A stretch of 32,000 nucleotides of DNA from Nitrosomonas sp. Nm132. Its GTDB lineage: Bacteria > Pseudomonadota > Gammaproteobacteria > Burkholderiales > Nitrosomonadaceae. The stretch spans positions 41,681 to 73,680 of the forward strand of contig NZ_FNDH01000001.1 in assembly GCF_900100485.1 (NCBI RefSeq). Direction: 5' to 3'. The notes beneath the pieces were generated by a model, which saw only the letters and a program-made list of their open reading frames with translations, was not told where the DNA came from and ran no database searches. The position numbers and the translations under genes are program-made. This document shows positions 25,266 through 32,000 of this stretch, piece by piece. Within the stretch, counting starts at the first letter, position 1; every line of letters starts with the position of its first letter.

Positions 25266-25813
25266 GGTGTTTATATAAAAGTAGTGTGACTGCTGACTGC
25301 CATAACTTTTAAAAAAGCTTTTTAGCACTTTTCTTACATCAAATTTAGAATTCTGCTTATTTTATATTTCTTCAGAAAATTGTAACCTTTATTAAATTAA
25401 GCTATTAGAAGCTACAAGTTAAAAGTTAACACCAAATTTACACCAATCCCTACAAATTCATTGCTTTAGAGTTTTAAAAATTAATTAAAACATTGTTTGT
25501 AAATTCATTCGCTATAAAAAATTTTTGAGTGAGATCTGACTTTAAGTATCGACATAGTTAGAGCTTTAAGTTTTATTTGGCTTCGTTATAAGTTTGATCT
25601 TTAATTTCAATATTCTGTTAGGCGTATCTGGTAATCACCGATTGCACACCTAACAAACAAAGCCATCATCCAATTGCTGCTTATATTATGGGTGTTGGAT
25701 CGAGGATGATGTGCAGTTGACGGTTAAGATTGTCGTGCTGTTCATCATGATATAGCTGGGGTATGTTGTTTTTGTACCTATTTATTTTGACTAAAATAGA
25801 AAAAGGTTTAACA

Positions 25814-26233
25814 ATGACTAAGATTATCATTTCAGCAGCCATTTTGGTTTTTTCTGCGTTCGCGTTGCAAACACCCGCTTATGCTGATAATCCAGCGGGA
25901 TCTTATCAGCAAACGTGCACTAATATCGTTCTGAAAGGAGAAACGCTGAGCGCGAGTTGTACCCGTTTCGATGGATCGAAGAAGAATAGCGAACTGCCAT
26001 TCGCAACTTCTTGCGTGGGAATCATCAGTAACGTCGATGGTAACCTAGTTTGCACTGGCCCCACCGGTTCCTTTGCCAGAACTTGCAAAGATTCGTCAGT
26101 AGCAAACAACAAACTGTCTGCAACTTGTCAAAAAATTGATGGCAGTTGGGTGTCTTCCAGCACCAGTTTTAGCGGTTTTCAACATCCTGTAACCAACTGC
26201 AATGGTCAATTGGTTGACAAGCCGGATTGTTAA
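25814..26233 (+). CDS. secreted CVNH (cyanovirin-N homology) lectin-like protein
   Basis: AAAAGG RBS. Signal peptide MTKIIISAAILVFSAFALQTPAYA|D. Two tandem half-domains (YQQTCTNIVLKGETLSASCTRFDGS...ISNVDGNLVC and FARTCKDSSVANNKLSATCQKIDGS...VTNCNGQLV) parallel cyanovirin-N (FSQTCYNSAIQGSVLTSTCERTNG...IENVDGSLKW / FIETCRNTQLAGSSELAAECKTR...IANIDGTLKY, recalled from memory). Confidence 0.7.
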   Translation: MTKIIISAAILVFSAFALQTPAYADNPAGSYQQTCTNIVLKGETLSASCTRFDGSKKNSELPFATSCVGIISNVDGNLVCTGPTGSFARTCKDSSVANNKLSATCQKIDGSWVSSSTSFSGFQHPVTNCNGQLVDKPDC

Positions 26234-26487
26234 TAAAGTATAGTTTGTATTTAGGGTAGTTCTATCCCTGAAAATTTGCGCTAAACTGGAGTCTCAGGAG
26301 CCACGAGAATCATGTGCGATTCCTGGGACATTTCCATATAAGCGCACTGAACCTTAATGTTGCTTACGCATTGTTCGGATCCCCCGTATTATTCATGATT
26401 CAACCTCTAGCTCGTAATCAAAGTAGTGGAATTCTATATAGAAATAGTGATAGCTACTACCTTCCTTACATGCCATAAGCATAATGA

Positions 26488-26545
26488 GTAAGGAGGGACA
26501 GGTCTATATTTAATATCATAAAATATAGACCTGTCCCCAACAATG
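26488..26545 (+). repeat. 58-bp hairpin repeat H2
   Basis: Identical to H1 except GTAAGGAG in place of GTAAGAAG. Same orientation. Confidence 0.9.
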
Positions 26546-26590
26546 CTGTTAGCTCCTGTGGATAAGGATATAAGTAATCAGCGTACTCAA

Positions 26591-26869
26591 TTACGATTTT
26601 GGGGCATACGCATTACACCAACCTTCAGGGCTTATGCTGCCTTCTACAACTTTGCATTCGCCGCTAACTTCAGGTGTCTTGCCTGGGATGAATTGCATGC
26701 AATTACTACATTTTTCCTTCCCGTTTGGGTTGTTACGATACTGCATTGCTTCCTTGGAAGCTTTTGCCGCTTTCACCTGGTCAGTGAATGCACTCACAAA
26801 GGGAACGGTAGCACCTAATGCCATGAGTTTTATTATCTTACGACGCGAGAATTTCTTTTGATGATTCAT
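26591..26869 (-). CDS. high-potential iron-sulfur protein (HiPIP) with Tat signal
   Basis: Twin-arginine leader FSRRKIIKLMALGA. Cys pattern C-x2-C-x14-C-x12-(W)C (KCSNCMQF...GECKVV...GWCNAY) is typical of HiPIP. Confidence 0.8.
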   Translation of the reverse strand: MNHQKKFSRRKIIKLMALGATVPFVSAFTDQVKAAKASKEAMQYRNNPNGKEKCSNCMQFIPGKTPEVSGECKVVEGSISPEGWCNAYAPKS

Positions 26870-27144
26870 AATCTCTCCTCGGATTCGGATAAGTTAAAAT
26901 ACAACAACGGCTAGGTATTTCTTCTGGCAAATAAATTTCTGAATTTGATTGATGTTTCATTCTCAAATCCAAAGAATTATTCTAATCCTTTTTTTTGTGA
27001 TGTAAGACTTCAATTATTAATCGGCAAATCAACTTTCTCAATGCTTCATCTCATTGTTGACGTACTGCATCAAACGTTCGATCAGTAGATGAGCATACCG
27101 TTTTATCGTTAAAGCCATTCCGCAAAAATTTTTACACCCGCATG

Positions 27145-27220
27145 CGCGTAAGAAGGGACACGCGTAAGAAGGGACAGGTCTATATTTTATTATATAAAAT
27201 ATAGACCTGTCCCCAACAAT
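27145..27220 (+). repeat. hairpin repeat H3 (variant with 16-bp tandem duplication)
   Basis: cgcGTAAGAAGGGACA is duplicated in tandem. The stem is extended to 20 bp (GGGACAGGTCTATATTTTAT / ATAAAATATAGACCTGTCCC) with a 3-nt loop. The 3' tail is CAACAATA. Confidence 0.9.
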
Positions 27221-27309
27221 ATTAATTTTCCACACTATGCTCAATTGCAAGACGCGCCCCCATTTTTTTCACGACCCCATTTTTTCACGTTATTTTCTAC
27301 ATCAGGAAA

Positions 27310-27864
27310 TTAGAAAATACCAAAACGTTTCTTTTTACCAACTCCGCTTCTAAGATACTCCAATAACTGACCTATTTTTATATGAAGAGCAACTTGAGCA
27401 CCTGGGTTGAGGTTGGAAAAAAGCGCCATAATAGAAGTGGCTGCCGTAAGTCCATCTAACACTTGGCCCAAGGAATTATCTCCGCTTTTATTGTTAGGCG
27501 ATATTAAAACGTATTCCGTGTGAAGGGTGCTTGGCGCAATCTCGACTACGATAAATGTGTCAAAAAAATTTATTAAGAATTCATACGGAAATTTTTTATG
27601 GACATCATACTGACTAACAAAATCATATTTTACAAGTATGTTACTGATATCGAATTTTGCTAAAAATCGATATTTCTCAAAGAAAAAACGAGCGGACTCC
27701 TTAGCGGGGCCTCCGTTAAGTATAATTTCTGGAATATGATCAGCTATTACATAATCACTAACCACATAATTATCTAAGAGCTTATCAATTGACGAATTAA
27801 AGAGCTTCTTAATGGGGATTTTTTTAGTAATTGCATCGTTTATCAATTCATGTGTAAGAAACAT
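27310..27864 (-). CDS. hypothetical protein (184 aa), AT-rich
   Basis: Clean ORF in an AT-rich unit between H3 and H4. No recognisable motif. Confidence 0.5.
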   Translation of the reverse strand: MFLTHELINDAITKKIPIKKLFNSSIDKLLDNYVVSDYVIADHIPEIILNGGPAKESARFFFEKYRFLAKFDISNILVKYDFVSQYDVHKKFPYEFLINFFDTFIVVEIAPSTLHTEYVLISPNNKSGDNSLGQVLDGLTAATSIMALFSNLNPGAQVALHIKIGQLLEYLRSGVGKKKRFGIF

Positions 27865-28021
27865 ATTATTCGCTTCCGTAATTAAGTTATTCTTCTTTTA
27901 CGGCGTGCGATCTTAGCCCTTTAGGGTTATCTAAAAATGCAGAAGGCTGAGAATCTTAGATATCTCTGTTTTACCCGCAACATGAACCTACCACCCTCTC
28001 TCTCCTTCATTATTCACGGTA

Positions 28022-28079
28022 GTAAGAAGGGACAGGTCTATATTTAATATCATAATATATAGACCTGTCCCCAACAATG
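28022..28079 (+). repeat. 58-bp hairpin repeat H4
   Basis: Same as H1 with one substitution in the right arm, giving a 15-bp perfect stem. It ends 5 bp before the stop codon of the SNF2 gene. Confidence 0.9.
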
Positions 28080-28084
28080 CACTT

Positions 28085-31000
28085 TCATCCCAAACTGAAC
28101 ACGTCTTTAAGCTCGGCATTGCTTAGATTCCCCATCCATTTTTCCCCGATACCGACGGTCAGGTCAGCCAGCTCGCGTTTGGATTGAATCATGTCATTGA
28201 TGCGTTCCTCGAAGGTGGCGCGGGTAATCAGGCGATGGACCTGGACATTATGCTGCTGGCCGATGCGATAGGCCCGATCGGTTGCTTGCGCTTCCACAGC
28301 GGGATTCCACCATAGATCGAAATGAATCACATTGGTGGCCGCTGTCAGATTAAGACCGGTGCCACCTGCCTTTAGCGACAACAAAAAAACGCGCTCGGTA
28401 CGATCATGCTGGAATCGTTCCACCATGATATCGCGTGTTTTTCGTGCGACACCGCCATGCAGGAACTGGGGTTCCCGCCCATACCGCGTTTTGATCCATG
28501 CCGCCAGTAAATCTCCTGCTTCGCGAAATTGCGTAAATACCAGTACTTTTTCATGGGCTGCGAAGATGGGATCGAGCAGATCGAGAAACAGTTCTGCTTT
28601 GCCGGACAGGCTCGCGTCGCTGTCTCCTTTCTTGAGATACTGCGCCGGATGATTGCAGATTTGCTTCAAGGCCATGATCATTTGCAGAATTAGCCCCTCA
28701 CGCTTGAAGGTGTCGGATTCGCCATTGATGACCTGCAACGCTTCACGCACGACGGATTCATACAAGGCCGCCTGTTTGTTAGTCAGCTCGCAATATTGAT
28801 TCTGTTCGATCTTGTCGGGCAAATCACTGATAATGCTTTTATCTGATTTAAGGCGTCGCAGCAAGAACGGACTGGTGACGCGTTTGAAACGCTGCGCCAC
28901 TTGCTGATCATGGTCGTTTTGTATGGGTACGGCAAACTCTTTGGTGAAATGAGTGAGATTGCCCAGAAAGCCGCGATTGGCAAAATCCATAATGCTCCAG
29001 TATTCAGCTAGCCGGTTTTCAACCGGTGTGCCCGTCAAGGCGACGAAGGAAGAGGCAGGAATGGATTTCACAGCCTTGGTTTGTGCAGCAACGGAGTTTT
29101 TGATGTTCTGCGCTTCATCGACAATGACGATGCGCCAGGAAAGCTTCTTGAGCTTGGCGAGATCGGTACGTACCCTGCCGTAGGTAGTGAGTAGCACATC
29201 CGCCCGCTCTTTTGCCAACATCCGCTCCGCACCATGAAAAAGGTGTACCGTCAGGGTCGGTGCAAATCGCGCAATTTCTTTGGTCCAGTTGGTAAGCAAA
29301 CTGGTCGGCACAATCACCAGCGCCTTTGCCTCATGCAGGCTTCCTTCTTCTTTGAGTTTCAGTAAAGTAACAATTACCTGGAGTGTTTTTCCCAGCCCCA
29401 TGTCATCGGCCATAACGCTGCCAAATCCGGCCCGAATATTGCGATACAGCCAGGCATAGCCGCGTTCCTGGTACGGCCGCAAGATTGCATTGAGCTCGCT
29501 GGGCAACGGCACATTGCTGATCTCAGTCAACTCACGAATGATATCCCGCGCTTTTGCGTCCAGACTGATAGGCGTGCCAAGATACTCCTCGCTCAGGGCG
29601 GTGCGTAACAGCTCAGCCGGGGTAATGCGAGGCGGTTTTTCTAGTTGCCGGCGCAACCGTTCAATGTCGGCAGGCTCGAGATAGACATATTCACCCTTGA
29701 AGCGCACGACGCCATGGGCAGTCTTGACCAATTCCTCAAACTCGGCCCTGGTGAGCTGGGTATTGCCAATCGCCACCGTCCAGTCAAAACCAAAAATATC
29801 ATTCGCATTGAGAAAACCTGTGCTGCCGGTGTTTTTGCTGGATAACTTCATCGATAGCCGAGGCCGCAGGAGGTGATCGAGCGCTTTGGGCAGCAATGCG
29901 CGTATACCAAGCAGCCGGATTATCGGCAGCGTATCGAATAGAAAGGCGGGGAAAGTTTCAGGACTCAGTGCGACCGGGGCAGTAGCACCCGCACTGATAT
30001 AGTGATTGAAGGCGGGAAAAAATTCGGCGAGTAATGATACCGTTTGCAGCACGCCGTAGCGATTTGTCTGCCATGCTTTATCCGTCAGCAAGCGAGCGAA
30101 TGGCACAGGCTCCTGCAAAGGATTATCGCGTGCGACCACCCCCAGCGACAGACTGAATTCCGCTCCGTTATCCTCCAGCTGCAATACCGGCACATAAGTT
30201 TGCTGACCAACATGAAAGCGCGACAACCACAATTGCACGCCGGAGCCTACTTCCCCTTCGCCCGGTCCATCAAACCGGGCATGGCCGCGACCAAAAAACA
30301 GGTCGAGTAGTTTGTTGCCATACGGTTTCTGGTTGCGAGCATCGCCCCAATAGCGGATCAACTCACCTAAAAACAAGCTGCATAATGCAAGCACTTGCGC
30401 TTCACCAGTGGGATTAACCGCCTTCTTGCCGCTGCGATAAGCCAGCAATCCTGGCGGCAGCAGCGATGCCAGTCGATTGACCAAGGTCCTGACGGCCTCA
30501 TCCAACATCGCTGGTAACCAGCGCAAGCCTGCTTCCGATTCGCCCACTGCGAACACTTGAGGCAAGACCGCGCCTTGTGCTAGCAGATGCAGGCTAACCA
30601 TGCGAGCATGGTACATGGCGGCTACCTCTGGTTGGAGATCAGGCAAATCAGCTTCGACAAGCTGCTGCAGTGTGAATACCCAATCTATCCAGCGCGCCTG
30701 CACTGTTAATCCGGCAAGGGCGGGTTGATAGGTGTGATCAAGCACAACACGCGGTTTATCTGCCGGGGTAATGGCTACTGACTTGATATCAGCCATCGCT
30801 GCAACTGTTTTAAGCGCAAGACGAGCTTGCTTGATGACGCGCTTCATCACTTTTTCGTAGATGATGCGAAAATCGCCTTGCCGAAAGAAAGCGGGATTCG
30901 CAGGCAATACGCTCATCAGGGAAGCCGCAAGATCAGGCAAGATGGAATAATCGAGTGTGCTGTAATCCTCCAGGCCAGCACTATCCTGCACCAGGGCTGC

Positions 31001-31591
31001 CTGCTGCTGCGACGGCTGATCCAGCAAGGCCGTTACCGTCGGCAAAGTCGCCTTGGCCTCGCGCTCGATCGAAATATGACGTGCTGCCAGCTCCTTAGTA
31101 AGATCGACTCCCTTCAATGAAAATACCAGAAAGGGATTGCCATCGATTTCCCGACTGATCAGATAAATCACCGCGGCCAGGTGTTTACATGGCACAGCCC
31201 AATCCGGACAAGAGCAGGACATGGAAAGATCGGTCCAGCGCGCCGGGAAAATATCGACCTTAAGTGCTTTGGCACGTTCCAGAACTGCGGGATCTAGCTC
31301 ACGATTGAGCATTTTCGAGATAATGACCGGATCGAGTGCCAGCGCATCAAGTAAAGCTTTAGCCTGTTGCTGAGGCATGGCCGGGACCTTGATTGCCACG
31401 TCATAAGGGCGAGGGCGCGAGCCTTTTACCTTGGCATGAATTTTTCCATGCTGAATTTCAATTTTCGTTACCGCTCCCTTGTTGGCATAACTGCGTCCAC
31501 GTGGCAGGCGGTTGTCATAATCAATTTGTGAGAGGGAATTAAGCCACTGCGCTCCCCACCAGGTTTGGCCATAGCCTCTATGTGCTGTCAT
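28085..31591 (-). CDS. SWIM zinc-finger / SNF2-family helicase
   Basis: N-terminal SWIM CSCPDWAVPCKH. SNF2 ATPase motifs DDMGLGKT (I), VIVDEAQNIKN (II) and LTGTPVEN (III). Helicase-C motifs LLSLKAGGTGLNLT and QATDRAYRIGQ. Confidence 0.9.
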   Translation of the reverse strand: MTAHRGYGQTWWGAQWLNSLSQIDYDNRLPRGRSYANKGAVTKIEIQHGKIHAKVKGSRPRPYDVAIKVPAMPQQQAKALLDALALDPVIISKMLNRELDPAVLERAKALKVDIFPARWTDLSMSCSCPDWAVPCKHLAAVIYLISREIDGNPFLVFSLKGVDLTKELAARHISIEREAKATLPTVTALLDQPSQQQAALVQDSAGLEDYSTLDYSILPDLAASLMSVLPANPAFFRQGDFRIIYEKVMKRVIKQARLALKTVAAMADIKSVAITPADKPRVVLDHTYQPALAGLTVQARWIDWVFTLQQLVEADLPDLQPEVAAMYHARMVSLHLLAQGAVLPQVFAVGESEAGLRWLPAMLDEAVRTLVNRLASLLPPGLLAYRSGKKAVNPTGEAQVLALCSLFLGELIRYWGDARNQKPYGNKLLDLFFGRGHARFDGPGEGEVGSGVQLWLSRFHVGQQTYVPVLQLEDNGAEFSLSLGVVARDNPLQEPVPFARLLTDKAWQTNRYGVLQTVSLLAEFFPAFNHYISAGATAPVALSPETFPAFLFDTLPIIRLLGIRALLPKALDHLLRPRLSMKLSSKNTGSTGFLNANDIFGFDWTVAIGNTQLTRAEFEELVKTAHGVVRFKGEYVYLEPADIERLRRQLEKPPRITPAELLRTALSEEYLGTPISLDAKARDIIRELTEISNVPLPSELNAILRPYQERGYAWLYRNIRAGFGSVMADDMGLGKTLQVIVTLLKLKEEGSLHEAKALVIVPTSLLTNWTKEIARFAPTLTVHLFHGAERMLAKERADVLLTTYGRVRTDLAKLKKLSWRIVIVDEAQNIKNSVAAQTKAVKSIPASSFVALTGTPVENRLAEYWSIMDFANRGFLGNLTHFTKEFAVPIQNDHDQQVAQRFKRVTSPFLLRRLKSDKSIISDLPDKIEQNQYCELTNKQAALYESVVREALQVINGESDTFKREGLILQMIMALKQICNHPAQYLKKGDSDASLSGKAELFLDLLDPIFAAHEKVLVFTQFREAGDLLAAWIKTRYGREPQFLHGGVARKTRDIMVERFQHDRTERVFLLSLKAGGTGLNLTAATNVIHFDLWWNPAVEAQATDRAYRIGQQHNVQVHRLITRATFEERINDMIQSKRELADLTVGIGEKWMGNLSNAELKDVFSLG

Positions 31592-31618
31592 TGCTTAATA
31601 ATCACCATTTCCGATGCC

Positions 31619-32000
31619 TTATCGCAAAGGCTGCACCGCTTCACAGCGCTCGCCTATCCATCGGCCTGTGGTATCGGCATGGGCGTAGATTGGCGTACCC
31701 TGCACTACGCTTTCAAACTCCGTTTGTCCCGAGAAGCTCTCAGGCGTCATAAAAACACCTTCCGCATGACCCTTTCCTTTGAATTGCGGGTTATCGCACA
31801 TCAATTCCATCTGATAACGATTGCCCGTTCGGGTGGCATTTGTGACCGTGCAGCCAGACTGATTTTCGTAGAGATAAGAAGGTACCTCCTGCTTGGCCAT
31901 TTCCGGCGTAATACAAACTTTGGAGGTCGCCGCGCCATTGCGGATTTGAGGCATCTCCAAGCCATACTGCCTGGCCAGGGCGGTAAGTTGCTGCATTTGC
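31619..32000 (-). CDS. DUF3617-like protein, 5' end outside window
   Basis: The frame is open to the window edge. Spaced-Cys pattern (C.T.E..........C......R.G......M.C.........G......F.G) as in DUF3617 lipoproteins, recalled from memory. Confidence 0.5.
   Translation of the reverse strand, partial: QMQQLTALARQYGLEMPQIRNGAATSKVCITPEMAKQEVPSYLYENQSGCTVTNATRTGNRYQMELMCDNPQFKGKGHAEGVFMTPESFSGQTEFESVVQGTPIYAHADTTGRWIGERCEAVQPLR

Noticed and set aside
26543-26861. + strand ORFs 26543-26818 and 26634-26861
   Set aside because: They are antisense to the HiPIP gene, which has a Tat leader and the cluster-binding Cys pattern.
25208-28079. The four identical-looking repeats as a CRISPR array
   Set aside because: The spacings of ~680-1280 bp contain whole genes. 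The repeat is a 15-20-bp perfect palindrome of 58 bp with asymmetric tails. No cas genes are present.

Overview
This is a 32-kb chromosomal window of roughly 50% GC by eye. A singleton amoC suggests a Nitrosomonas-type betaproteobacterial ammonia oxidiser; this is an inference. The left third is a glycogen/trehalose cluster: glgC (5' partial), treZ and one 1706-aa ORF that fuses malQ to treY. An accessory stretch follows. It holds a porin-like OMP bracketed by ~70-bp direct repeats, a TIR-TM protein, and a degenerate integron. The integron has two AT-rich cassettes, each ending in a textbook attC, an attI region with a strongly SD-led 20-codon leader ORF, and an intI reduced to about its first 80 codons. 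It abuts the terminator of the orphan amoC. The middle holds a TetR/DUF4242/TPR unit with a duplicated palindromic operator and three copies of a 162-bp MITE, two of them inverted around a secreted pentapeptide-repeat gene. It also holds an isoaspartyl peptidase, an unlisted 59-aa lipoprotein, a TDT/TehA-type transporter, a LysM L,D-transpeptidase and a UDG-family gene. The right end is an AT-rich island partitioned by four co-oriented copies of a 58-bp perfect-hairpin repeat, carrying a secreted CVNH lectin, a HiPIP and an unknown 184-aa ORF. The island starts inside a truncated Uma2-like gene and ends 5 bp after the stop of a SWIM-SNF2 helicase, followed by a partial DUF3617 gene. I saw no rRNA, tRNA or CRISPR array. 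The candidates for something new are the integron-linked TIR/cassette locus (9.5-13.3 kb) and the hairpin-partitioned island (25.2-28.1 kb).
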